Shown one piece after another: positions 1 to 11,570 of a stretch of 64,000 bases of DNA. The notes below the pieces were generated by a model. It was not told the origin of the DNA, made no database searches, and saw only the letters and a program-made list of their open reading frames with translations. The stretch lies in assembly GCF_001194135.2 (NCBI RefSeq), contig NC_068987.1, positions 94,079,526 to 94,143,525 on the forward strand, in the 5' to 3' direction. Source of the DNA: Octopus bimaculoides (lineage: Eukaryota). Each line of letters begins with the position of its first letter. The first letter of the stretch is position 1. The translations under genes and the position numbers were made by a program.

Positions 1-10
1 TATATATATA

Positions 11-152
11 CTTTATTTAAAAGCAGCAGAAATATAACAAAAGACTGTTACTCGAAGTTTCACGTTCCCGTTCATCAAAACTGTCCGATGAATGGGAACG
101 TGAAACTCTGAGTAACAGTTTTTTGTTATATTTCTGCTGCTTTTAAATAAAG
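11..152. repeat. Near-perfect inverted repeat (66-bp arms 11-76 and 87-152, 10-nt spacer), part of a (TA)n-flanked non-autonomous element (~11-225)
   Basis: The reverse complement of 87-152 matches 11-76 at 62/66 positions. (TA)n lies at 1-10 and from ~226. Confidence 0.95.
77..122 (+). ncRNA. Type I hammerhead ribozyme motif, U4C core variant
   Basis: AAAACUGU-CCGAUGA-AUG[GGAA]CGU-GAAA-CUC[U]GAG-UA/ACAGUUUU. It has an 8-bp stem I, a 3-bp stem II with a GNRA loop, a near-palindromic stem III and a GUA cleavage triplet (cut after 114). Confidence 0.75.
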
Positions 153-1830
153 CATATTACTCTACCTTTGGTATTTGAGTACTCTTTTTTCCACCTTGTT
201 GCGCATTCTATGTGCTTACTCCGGTATATATATATATATATATATACCTACAAGCATATATATATTTATAGACATATGCATACACATACCTTTGTATGTG
301 TATGTGGTGATATTGGTGTTTGGGCTGCATTCGTTGAAGCTAACTCAGAATAATCGTCAAGTAAAAATGATGTTTAAAAATTTCGAATTTACCCAGATTA
401 TATCCACATTAGCGACAACAAATCCCTCGATCGAGAAGGAACTAAAGCTTTCAGCAGAAAGTTCGCAGAATTTCAAATTTCCTTCATTTTATTGGTGGAA
501 TACAGTCATCGTCCTCGCTGTGCTCACAGTTATTAATGGGCTCATTTCTTCATAAAGAACATGAGGAACGAATCACAAAGCCGAGTCATCTATGGACGAG
601 GTTTAGATGGGGAGAGAACTTCATATTATTTCGAGAGAAAATAAACAAATATTTAAGGCTTTTGCTCAAACACGTGTACGTAAAGACGCACAGACATACA
701 CATGCAAAAAACAACCACACATACGCATAAATATACATAAATATTATCTACAAACACACACACACATACACACACACACACACATATGTATATANNNNNN
801 NNNNTATATATACGTGTGTGTATGTGGATGCAGCGCCATACGTACATCATCATCCATTGTTGTCGTCTTTGACAAATTGTATGACTGTAGACATTAAAGG
901 AAAAATGTAAATACCATGTCATTCATTTTCGCTTACATTACTTGTACATCATCATCATCACCATTACAATCGCCGTTCACGATATCATCATCATCGGCAT
1001 CATCTTCATCATCCCTTCCTTTTCTCCGTTTCGTTCGTCCTCTTCTTCTTCTTCTTCTTCTTCTTCTTCTTCTTCTTCTTCCTCTCTGCCTCCCACTCTT
1101 CTCATACTTCTCTCCCCTCCACTTCACTCTGCCCTCACCATTTCAGACCTACATCTCCACACAATCCATCTTGTAACAGCTGTTTCATTAGAAAAGATAG
1201 AGATCTCACTGAAACTGTTGTTTGCTATGTTTTTTTTTAAATTTTTGCTTTTACGCATTCCATCACAATTTCACACACACACATACATACACACACACAC
1301 ACTCACACACACATACACGCACAGATACACAAATACAAACACACGCATACACCACAACAGACACATTCACAAACGCGCATAAACACACAAAGCACATTTA
1401 TTCAAGAAGAATTAAAACTCAAACATATGTATACATATGTATGTATGTGTGAATATATATATATATATATATATATATANNNNNNNNNNNNNNNNNNNNN
1501 NNNNNNNNNNNNNNNNNNNNNNNNNNNNNNNNNNNNNNNNNNNNNNNNNNNNNNNNNNNNNNNNNNNNNNNNNNNNNNNNNNNNNNNNNNNNNNNNNNNN
1601 NNNNNNNNNNNNNNNNNNNNNNNNNNNNNNNNNNNNNNNNNNNNNNNNNNNNNNNNNNNNNNNNNNNNNNNNNNNNNNNNNNNNNNNNNNNNNNNNNNNN
1701 NNNNNNNNNNNNNNNNNNNNNNNNNNNNNNNNNNNNNNNNNNNNNNNNNNNNNNNNNNNNNNNNNNNNNNNNNNNNNNNNNNNNNNNNNNNNNNNNNNNN
1801 NNNNNNNNNNNNNNNNNNNNNNNNNNNNNN

Positions 1831-1874
<44 letters not shown>

Positions 1875-1882
1875 CAGAGAGA

Positions 1883-1914
<32 letters not shown>

Positions 1915-2659
1915 CAGAGAGAGAGAGAGAAAGAATTATGCGAATAAACAGATAAAACTGTTTGGGTCTGATATGCAAAATATATATACATGTATACATG
2001 TAAAGAGAGAAAGCAAAGATTGAAGATTTTCAGACGATCAACATTCATGTATAGATATGGAGATATTTATACATTAAGAGAGGAAATGTACACAAGCGAC
2101 AGAGAAAATTCAAGGTGAGAAGATAAGGTGTTATAAGTCCGACAGCTGTTTCTGGGAGCTTGGTGATCCTTCATAATGTTAGCAGATGTAGTTCACCAGA
2201 ATATGCAATTAGTAATAGAAATAAACAAATATGGTCTTGTTCCAGCTTCCGTTGGCAGGGTAGAAAAAATTCTGACATTTTAAATCATGATGAAGAGAAG
2301 ACGGAGAGAAGTTTAATTTTGTTGCTGTTTGATTTATTAATATTTAAATATTTAAATATTTAACTTACTAATATTTAAATATGTAAATACTTATAATGAG
2401 TATTCATCGACTGAAAATTTTCAGTCTTTACTTTCTCTCTATTTACATGTATCGATGCATATATATTTTGTATATCAAGCAGTTTTATTTGTTTATATGC
2501 ATCACTGTCTCCATATCTGTTCACCAGGATTCCTCTACTAACCACTCTTTATTCCACGGATTCAGTTCCTAATAAAGCTATCGGAGTGTTAGTTCAAATC
2601 ATTTGAGCGTTACTAAGTATTACTGATTCTATATATTGAGAACCTCTGGATCTGTTGTC

Positions 2660-2850
2660 CCCTGTTTTCGAAACGCGGAGTAGATAAAATAGGGGACAAG
2701 TGATGAAGGGAATGTTCTTTATGTTGCATGTCTCGTTTCTCTGTTTTTTCCGATGTTCGAAAAAAAGTTCGTTTTCTATGTTTTTGTTTTTTTATGTTCT
2801 CGTTTCTCACTCTGTCCACGTTATTTTTATGTCCTGTACCTATATATGCA
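2660..2850 (+). mobile_element. Short interspersed element, probable Penelope-like terminal-repeat remnant; same family as 27300-27440
   Basis: Shares 'caa(g/c)tgatgaaggg..(t/c)gttct.tatgtt' and the terminal 'gtcctgtacc(c)-atatatgca' with the reverse complement of 27300-27440. Confidence 0.5.
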
Positions 2851-4049
2851 TGTATATATATACATATATATGTAGGTATTTACATATATGTATGTATATA
2901 TGCATTTATTTATATATTATTTATATTATTATATGCTTGAACGCCATGCATCCTTTTCCAAGTAAGTTTATCTATGTGTGTGTGTGTGTGTGTGTACACA
3001 CGTGTACATATACCACCACACACACATCGTATATATATATATATGTTTGTGTGTATGACGTAATGCGCCCAGTCCAGAAGCCCTTGCAGCCATTTTATTC
3101 ACGCTTTTGTGCAGTAGTGAATGGTGAAGCAATCTAGTGTCACTGTTATTTATGTCAGTGAAGAGCCCCCTTATCACAGTTATTAGCAATCTCTGATAAC
3201 TGGGTACTTTGTGACATCAGGGAAACTCAGTAAAATGTCTTGGAGTAGCAGATATTTCAAGTGAAGCAATATGAGCTAGCTGCACCTCAGTGTCTAAAAA
3301 TGTTTTTTTTTCTTTGTGAACGCATCCAAAGAAGCAAAGACTCGGTCAGAACCTAGGAGAATGTTATGGCGAGAATCATGACACCCCTTGTGAGAATGGA
3401 CGAGCTGAAATCGCATAAGTAGCAGCGTCTTTGACTGAGAGCGAGAGGTGAGAAATCGCAGAAAGTCGAAAGGTGTCGTTCGTGAGTTCGTGGAGTCGCA
3501 GGAAATTGTTGAGAAGTTGTTATAATTCGTTGAGAATTGTTTTGGATTGGTTACAGTTGTTGACAGAGTATTTGGGGAATACATCAATTGGAAACAGTTG
3601 GTGTCTATCCCATTCCGTGGTATTATATATCACACTGTATTCGTGCTCGACACTAAGGGGACGTATACAGAAACCACATTATAAAAGAGAAAAAAAGTTT
3701 GGCTTAGCTTCATGGCGTTTGAAACGACTTTATATACGACAACCTTCTACATCAGTGTAAAGGTACCAGTTGTCATGGGTTACTTTTGTATGATGATCTG
3801 TCTTTCCAGTGACAATGCATGGAATTGTCCATCCCCAATAATAATATAGAGTTTTATTACTTAAATGTCTGTCCTGTAACACGATATTAGATTGTAAATC
3901 CTTAAAACATCTGGTGTGACTGGAGAGTCTAGTAACAGAAGGGAGCAGGTTCGTGTTGTCGCCTCTTAGCAAGAATTCTAAAAATCAGTGGCACAAGACC
4001 ATGATCGTTGGCGGCTAGAATTAAAGAGAATTTGTCTCCGGTGACCCCA

Positions 4050-4545
4050 GTACGACAAAAAACCGACATAAGCGTCGTCGCGTGAAATTTGCTGACATTG
4101 CTTGATGTCGACAACTCTACATGCCGACCTGGGGGTGGTTCTCTCATATCCTCTTTGAGGAATCACTACGGTGTAGACATTGTTGCAATCAGTGTGTTTA
4201 GGTTACGTAAAGAATGTGGTCTGAACGTGGTCGAAGAATTCTCTGCGTTCTTCTAGAAGAGCAAACTCAAAATTGGTCATCATAATCTTGGCATCGGCTT
4301 TGATGTGAGGAAATGTAACATGAATTAAGACACCAGTTGGCACCAGAGATCGGCTAATATATCTTATTCACATCTTACCCTTGCACAGAGTCGCTATATC
4401 TAACGTCTGTGAGTGCCTGTACACCATTACTATCATCTGAAAAACAACACAAATACCGCTTTTATTTAGCATTTAATGTTATTAAGTTACTAAAATACGA
4501 TAATCCTCTCCCAGTGGATAATTTTAATACAAGTATTAAGAAAAG
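4050..4545 (+). mobile_element. RTE-clade LINE 5' fragment (APE endonuclease N-terminal part), decayed
   Basis: Pieced translation NLLTLLDVDNSTCRP..NHYGVDIVAIS..AFF*KSK..LGIGF..TPVG..VSACTPLLSS..RFY..DNFNTSI aligns by eye to the RTE APE motifs (WNVRTL, YNIDIAALSETR, GVGF, VSAYAPT, GDFNARVG). It contains stops and frameshifts. Confidence 0.75.
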
Positions 4546-4625
4546 AGAGAAGAATCCAACAGCAACGGTATCATTTTTCTCTGAGTGTGTATGGAGCACG
4601 ATCCTATTACTACTACTACTACTAC

Positions 4626-4930
4626 TTCATACAGGTACAACTGGTTAGACCGCCAGAATAATTCCTTGCTTCTGGCTACAAGTAACCTTAGTTGTCAAGT
4701 ATCAAAACTGTCCCTAATAGCACTGTTTTCTGGAGCTGCACTAAACTACGTTTTATGACTGTTTCCTCTATACATCTGTTCAAATCTTTAGGCATAGTTT
4801 CCCAATGCACCTATAACTACTGGGATACATTTTACCTGCACTTCCTCAAACCTCTCTAACTCAAAGACTAGGCCCACATACATTGCTAGTTTTGAGATTA
4901 TCTCCGCTTCTCAAATGGAATTGGTCTTCA
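4626..4930 (-). mobile_element. R4/Dong-type (RLE) non-LTR retrotransposon 3' fragment ending in an (AGT)n tract
   Basis: The minus strand encodes ELERFEEVQVKCIPVVIGALG/TMPKDLNRCIEE..LQKTVLLGT, a typical RLE C-terminus. It abuts (TAC)n at 4608-4625. Confidence 0.8.
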
Positions 4931-5065
4931 TTGCCACAAAGCATTTATTTAATCGTCTCTGGAAAGAAAATTTCGATAAATCACAAATTTACATAGTGTT
5001 TAACAGTTTCTTGATTTCATCCCTACTGTGAGTGTATGTGTGTGTATACCTGCATGTATGTATGT

Positions 5066-5159
5066 TATCAATCAGTTTCATTTCTGTATTTCTTGTCCAT
5101 AGAGAAAGAGCCGGACTCTAACATAGATTCAAGGCTCCTTCATTGGAAATCTTATCGAC
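5066..5159 (-). mobile_element. 3'-UTR-like fragment of the (TATG)n-associated RLE family
   Basis: 'gaaagagccggactctaacatagattcaaggctccttcattggaa' is nearly identical to 23935-23980. It is preceded by tatg repeats and truncated by a gap. Confidence 0.6.
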
Positions 5160-6223
5160 NNNNNNNNNNNNNNNNNNNNNNNNNNNNNNNNNNNNNNNNN
5201 NNNNNNNNNNNNNNNNNNNNNNNNNNNNNNNNNNNNNNNNNNNNNNNNNNNNNNNNNNNNNNNNNNNNNNNNNNNNNNNNNNNNNNNNNNNNNNNNNNNN
5301 NNNNNNNNNNNNNNNNNNNNNNNNNNNNNNNNNNNNNNNNNNNNNNNNNNNNNNNNNNNNNNNNNNNNNNNNNNNNNNNNNNNNNNNNNNNNNNNNNNNN
5401 NNNNNNNNNNNNNNNNNNNNNNTATACATGTATATATATATATATATATGTATCTCCGTATGTATGCATGTATGTATGTGTATGCGTATATATGTGTAGC
5501 TGTATGTGCTTATATGTGTTATATGTGTATGTACATATCTATGCATGCATGCATGTATGCATGTATAAATGTTCGTATGTATGTGTGTGTATGTATGTGC
5601 ATGCATATTTGTGTGTGTTTTCTAGCAAAGAAAAGAAAGGAAAAGCGAAAAGCTTATATTATGACGAAATCGCCATGCCTGAACAGTAGCCAGTCCGACT
5701 GCCTGACTGTCTGACTGCCATCCAGCAGAAAGACAAACACTGGAAAACACACGGAAGTATTCACAGAGACAGAGAGAGAAGACTTGCAGTAAACTGCAAT
5801 GACAGAGGTACATATTTCACAATTAAACCTCAGAATTAATGTTGATCCTAATTCAAAGTGAAATGAGACAGCATAAATGATTATTTAGCAGGATCCGCTG
5901 TAACGCACAAGAACTGTCGGTTCTATGTAATGTATTTCTGTCTAGCCATCGCAGAAATTCCACCACCCTTCGCCCTCCACTACAATTACCCACTACCTCC
6001 CCCGTTACCACCATTTTCAACGCCATTGCAATTCTATAGAACCGCAAATGTTTCCTCTACAGCTATTACCCTCCACCACCACCACCACCACAGCAAACGC
6101 TACCATCACACTACATTCTCCTCCACTTCTTATTTCTACACTTTCTATGCTTTGTATTTGGTATGATTGTCATGAAACACGTTGGCTCTCTGATTCTTGA
6201 TAACGTACTTTATACCCATTGTT

Positions 6224-6295
<72 letters not shown>

Positions 6296-6734
6296 TGTGT
6301 ACATGTATGTATGTATATGAATATACATACATGCTCAACATCTGTATGTATCCGTGGATGCATGTCTCGGTTTTATGTATGCATATATATGTTTACTTTC
6401 AATATTTTCTTTATTAATATGAATTTTTCCCTGGAGGACTGAATTGGTTTCTAAAGCCAAGCGTAAAGTCCGTCAATGGAATTTGAATAAACACTAATAT
6501 AATTGTTACATTTTGAACTTTAGAAATCTCATGTATTGTCACATAGAGATAAACGCACATTTATAAGCGTGTTAAACGGTCAACACGTATTTGTGTATGT
6601 CAGTGGGTCTGTGCCTCACCTCACGCATGTATGCTTCTGAATGAATGAATGCATAGACAGGTGTATGTACACTTATACATATGGTTCATACAAAACTGTG
6701 CTTGGCTTATTAAAAATGTAAAGAATCTTTAATA

Positions 6735-6850
6735 CGCCGGACAGAATGCTTAGCGGCATTTCGTCTGAGTTCAAATTCCTCCGAGGTCGACTTTGCCATT
6801 TATCCTTTTGGGGTTGATCAAATAAGTATCAGTTGGGATCGACTTGACCC
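6735..6850 (+). mobile_element. SINE family B (tRNA-like B box plus Nin/Deu-like core), partial
   Basis: Contains 'gagttcaaattcc..gaggtcgactttgccatttatccttttggggttgatcaaataagtatcag' and is homologous to 11398-11570 and 56265-56490. Confidence 0.7.
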
Positions 6851-6983
6851 ATACCGATATTGTTGTCCATGGACTGAAGTGTGGAACCAATATAAGAAAA
6901 AGCAACATCAAAGTTGGTTTGGTCCTCAGAATATCACAAGAAACAATTAGAGAAATTCTACCTCGATCATCTGGAATTCGAAA

Positions 6984-7136
6984 TGGCTGGAATATTGTAG
7001 CTTGCTCACCAGCCATATGGTTCCGGGTTCAGTCCCACTGCGTGGCACCTTCGGCAAGTGTCTTCTACCATAGCCTCGGGCCGATTAAAGCCTTGTGAGT
7101 GGATTTGCTAGACGGAAACTGAAAGAAGCCCTTCGG
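6984..7136 (+). mobile_element. SINE family A 5' half (tRNA-derived head), truncated by a gap
   Basis: 'ggttccgggttcagtcccactgcgtggcacc..caagtgtcttctaccatagcc..gtgagtggatttg.tagacggaaactgaaagaag' is shared with 22645-22780 and with the minus-strand copies at 13.7-13.85 kb and 25.2-25.35 kb. Confidence 0.85.
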
Positions 7137-7444
7137 NNNNNNNNNNNNNNNNNNNNNNNNNNNNNNNNNNNNNNNNNNNNNNNNNNNNNNNNNNNNNNNN
7201 NNNNNNNNNNNNNNNNNNNNNNNNNNNNNNNNNNNNNNNNNNNNNNNNNNNNNNNNNNNNNNNNNNNNNNNNNNNNNNNNNNNNNNNNNNNNNNNNNNNN
7301 NNNNNNNNNNNNNNNNNNNNNNNNNNNNNNNNNNNNNNNNNNNNNNNNNNNNNNNNNNNNNNNNNNNNNNNNNNNNNNNNNNNNNNNNNNNNNNATATAT
7401 AAATTTCAGGAATGGAGTAAACGCATGTTATAACTGCATACTTT

Positions 7445-7530
7445 ATTCCGACATATGTTTCGAAGAATTACAATTTATGCGATCCATAGGAATCGTCGAT
7501 GTTAAAAATGTAAACTTCTCCTCAGGGAAT
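7445..7530 (-). ncRNA. Type I hammerhead ribozyme motif with canonical core
   Basis: AUUCC-CUGAGGA-GAAG(49 nt)CUUC-GAAA-C[AUAU]G-UC/GGAAU. The core CUGANGA...GAAA...GUC is perfect, stem I is 5 bp, stem II is extended, and stem III is the palindrome ACAUAUGU. Confidence 0.85.
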
Positions 7531-7993
7531 GTATGGGAACCATCTTAAACGTAAGACATTATGACCGAGTATGATAACTATAGTTGGAGAAGGTTATAAC
7601 GTAGTTCATTTGAAAAAACCGCTGGAGATTAGGACGCTACCAGATTGTACGTTGGACAAGAAGGGAAGAAAAAAAGAAAAGAAAAAAGAAAAAAAGAGAA
7701 AGAAAATTCAGAGTGTAGAGTTGGGAGAAGATAGGCTGATATAAATGCGATAAAAATTGGAGAGGAATGTTATGTAATAAGAAGGTAATATAAATGGTTT
7801 TAATCTTGTGTTTCTACAAAAATATTGAGATGAGTGTATATAATCATTTATACTAATGTGTATGCTCATATATATACACAAACAAATCCACATTTACTCC
7901 CATAAGTTCATGTATGTATATTTATATACATACCCACGTCAAAACTCACACTCATATATACATACGAACACACACATATATATTAATTATATA

Positions 7994-8035
<42 letters not shown>

Positions 8036-8501
8036 TTACATACATACATACATGCATACATACATATATGCCTGGATACATATATTTTCATTAGCGTTAA
8101 TGAAACTATATTTCAAAATTGTCGACGAAGAAAACNNNNNNNNNNNNNNNNNNNNNNNNNNNNNNNNNNNNNNNNNNNNNNNNNNNNNNNNNNNNNNNNN
8201 NNNNNNNNNNNNNNNNNNNNNNNNNNNNNNNNNNNNNNNNNNNNNNNNNNNNNNNNNNNNNNNNNNNNNNNNNNNNNNNNNNNNNNNNNNNNNNNNNNNN
8301 NNNNNNNNNNNNNNNNNNNNNNNNNNNNNNNNNNNNNNNNNNNNNNNNNNNNNNNNNNNNNNNNNNNNNNNNNNNNNNNNNNNNNNNNNNNNNNNNNNNN
8401 NNNNNNNNNNNNNNNNNNNNNNNNNNNNNNNNNNNNNNNNNNNNNNNNNNNNNNNNNNNNNNNNNNNNNNNNNNNNNNTATATATATATATATATATATA
8501 T

Positions 8502-8542
<41 letters not shown>

Positions 8543-9757
8543 CATTCGTTCTTCCATCATTCAAGCTCGCCATCCTTACACACATGCACGCATGCTTACA
8601 TGTATCGCATTAGTTCATGTATATACATATATGTATATACATGTATGTTTATATTTACGTGTGTTTTTATAGGGGTATAAAAGATATTGTGTTTCTATGT
8701 GTGAATGCTGGCGAAAATAGAGAGGCGGGTGGAGAAAGATGGGCAAAGAAAACCGTCGGAAGCCATCCAAAAATAACTAAAATGGTCGCTTGTTTCCTTT
8801 CTCTAATTCTACCAATGTCGATTATATAAATACAGTAAGTGCCCCGTACAATTTGACAATATTCTTGGCCTGAAAACTTCTTTAGATCGAACTGAATAGT
8901 CAGTCACCAGCTATCAATAAGTTGTTTACCGATACATTTCTATTTGTTTGTTGATTTACCACCTAATCTATAGTTTTCTCTGTCCTGCTTTAGCTATAAT
9001 CACAGTTTTGACTAATTTTGGTGTATATATTTTTCTGCAGTCTTTATGGATTTAGTTAACAGAAAGGCCAACGTTTGACTAGTGCTACAATTGCTGCAAA
9101 TAGCGTTAAAATCAAGCTAACGTCTCCTCGCCATATACTCAGCAAACATGTATGTACTGTAGTTATTTATAAATTATATCTTTGTGTTTGTGTATACCTA
9201 TGTGTGTATATAGGCATGTATTTATTTGTATGTACACACTACATACAAACAGACATACGCACACACACATGCATAAACACATCAAAACTGCATGAGAAAT
9301 CACAGTATTTCGTTTGTACCGCATTTATATTAGCTGGGAAATTAGGTACACGTATTCATAATACAGCCACACTAATATGCCACAGTTTCTACGCATAGAG
9401 ATATATTTTGGCCGGCTAACAGACTGCTAAATACCAAGGATTGTAAAAAAAATACTCCGATATTAAATCTCCTAATATCATAGAGAAGGCAAGAGGATTA
9501 CGCGATGAATTTAGGTCTATCTTCTACTAAATATTCAGTTAAAGATTTTCTTCATGTGCAAACAAATACCATTTATTTTCCGAAAAGCTGCTACACAAAT
9601 GTGTGTATTTGTGGGAAGATAAATAAATATGCATATGTAATACATACATACGTACTTATAAATATAGTGGCAATTTACAAAAAAAACCCAACAAAAGACG
9701 AAGATGGGTGCGTAAACAACAAACAGATGTCCTGGTTTAACGCTCAGGAAGTGAAAA

Positions 9758-9800
9758 GGTCTTTTACGTTTCGAGCCTACGCTTTTCGACAGAAAGGACC
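9758..9800 (-). ncRNA. Type I hammerhead-like motif, A6U core variant
   Basis: GGUC(C)UUU-CUGUCGA-A-AAGC[GUAG]GCUC-GAAA-CGUA/AAAGACC. Stem I is 7 bp with one bulge and stem III is the palindrome ACGU. Confidence 0.6.
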
Positions 9801-9844
9801 ACAGAAATAAGCACAGAGAGAAAATAACTAGAAAAAGAAAGTAC

Positions 9845-9875
<31 letters not shown>

Positions 9876-10967
9876 GCCTGGCCAGCCAAGCTATACACAC
9901 ACACATACACACACACATACACACACACTTATGTATGCATGTACAAATTCCAACATGTGTTACACGTTAGAAGAAACGTTAGGTGCACGTCTGGGTTTTA
10001 TAAAGCTTTTACAATATTCGAATATTTGAAGGCATTGGACAAGGTTGATCCTCGTTGTCCTGAGCAACAGTAAATGCGTCCAGGCTATGCCAGGTCTCAG
10101 TAAGTTGATTTTATTATCACTCAGAGACATGGTTGAGGAATCATGGTATCGGGTCAGCCAAAGACTTTTGAGTAAAGTTTGGTAGTCGGTAGCTGTGTAG
10201 ATTCCATCAAAGGGGTTATTCCTTATCTCTGGAGGGTGGGGAGAACCACATTTAACCATGCCCAATTTATTACCACAAATCAGTTTTTCAGGGCTTTTAG
10301 TGAGGTGCTCTCACTTCAAAACATTCAGATCAGGTCTCCTGTCGGAAAACATCTTCCTCTCAGCGCTCCTTAAACATTGGTATGGCGCTGCAATTCCTGT
10401 TTCAATACATCATTCACAACATTTCAAAGCATAAGGACATAATATGCAATATACTCTTTTCTGAGAAATAGTCCGAATTTAGACAATTAGACTCACAGAT
10501 CAATAAATATCACTTATGCTAAGTCTAACAAGAATCTAAATTACATAAATAGAGACTAACAACTCTGCCAATATATCAAATTTAATTAACATAATTAGCA
10601 AAAGTCATTTCAAAGAAAACAATCAATTTCTGCTACTTGTTTTTGTTTTTTTATTATTTTTTCTCTCTTTTTATTTACCAAATGTGAGCAGCAGCAGAAA
10701 GAACAGCAATGTTATATCATCAGCCTTTGTCGATCCATCAAGAAATATTTGGGGATTACATGAAGAATTGTCACAAGTTTTCTTTGCGTGAAGAATCATC
10801 TCCACAGCCCTGAATGTGGCATTTGGTGTAAGTGAAGTAAATATTAATGGCTTCTTTTGTGTTTCGCGTCTTTACTGCTAAAGTTTAAAGGGAAAATAAA
10901 CAAAAACCTACAACGTTTTACAAAATAAACTGAGCTGAGCTGCCAAAGCTGATCTTTTATATTTTAT

Positions 10968-11170
10968 CATTTGACTGCGGCCATGCTGGGGCACTGCCTT
11001 AAAAAAATTTTAGTCGAATGAATCGACCCCTAGTATCTTTTTATTTTTTATCAAGCTTGGTACTTATTGCATCGGTCTCTTCTTGTCGAACCGTTAAGTT
11101 ACGGAGACATAAACACACCTACACTGGTCGACAATCGTTGGTAAGAGACAAACAGACAGAAGCACACATA
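10968..11170 (-). mobile_element. SINE family A 3' half
   Basis: 'catttgactgcggccatgctggggcactgcc..tagtcgaatgaatcgacccc' is shared with 13454, 24934 and (as reverse complement) 50100-50150. Confidence 0.85.
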
Positions 11171-11189
11171 TATCCGTTTATTTGTTTCT

Positions 11190-11335
11190 TTCATTTGACT
11201 GCAGCGTGCTGGAGCACTATCTCAAGGGGATTCAGTACTTATTCTATCGGTGTCTTTTGCCGAACTGCTAGATTACGGAGTTGTAAACACACCAACATCG
11301 GCTGTCAAGCGATGGTGGTGGTGATGGTGGTGGTG
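11190..11335 (-). mobile_element. SINE family A 3' fragment with internal deletion
   Basis: 'catttgactgcagcgtgctggagcact...tacttattctatcggtgtcttttgccgaac' matches the neighbouring copy. Confidence 0.8.
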
Positions 11336-11397
11336 GTACATTACAAAAACTGACGGAGCAAGTGAAATCAAGAGAACTAAAAAGTTAAATGGAAATG

Positions 11398-11570
11398 ATG
11401 ATTTCAAATTCTAGCACAAGGCCAATAATTTGTGGGGTGGGTATAAGGCGATTGTATCCACCCTAACGCTCTGGTAGTACTTATTTTCTCGACTCCAAAG
11501 AGAGGAAATACAAAGTCGTCTTCGGCGGGATTTGAACTCAGAATGTAAAGATGGACGAAGTGCGGTAATA
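11398..11570 (-). mobile_element. SINE family B, decayed
   Basis: 'caaagtcgtcttcggcgggatttgaactcagaatg' is homologous to 56390-56420 and to the reverse complement of 6765-6800. Confidence 0.7.

Noticed and set aside
3290-4050. Minus-strand ORFs 3294-3587, 3730-3972 and 3929-4147
   Set aside because: No recognisable motifs. The region is probably the 5' part of the plus-strand RTE element, but I could not demonstrate this.
9960-10400. KALDKVD-like motif suggesting a CR1 RT fragment
   Set aside because: The flanking translation does not continue into the expected RT motifs.
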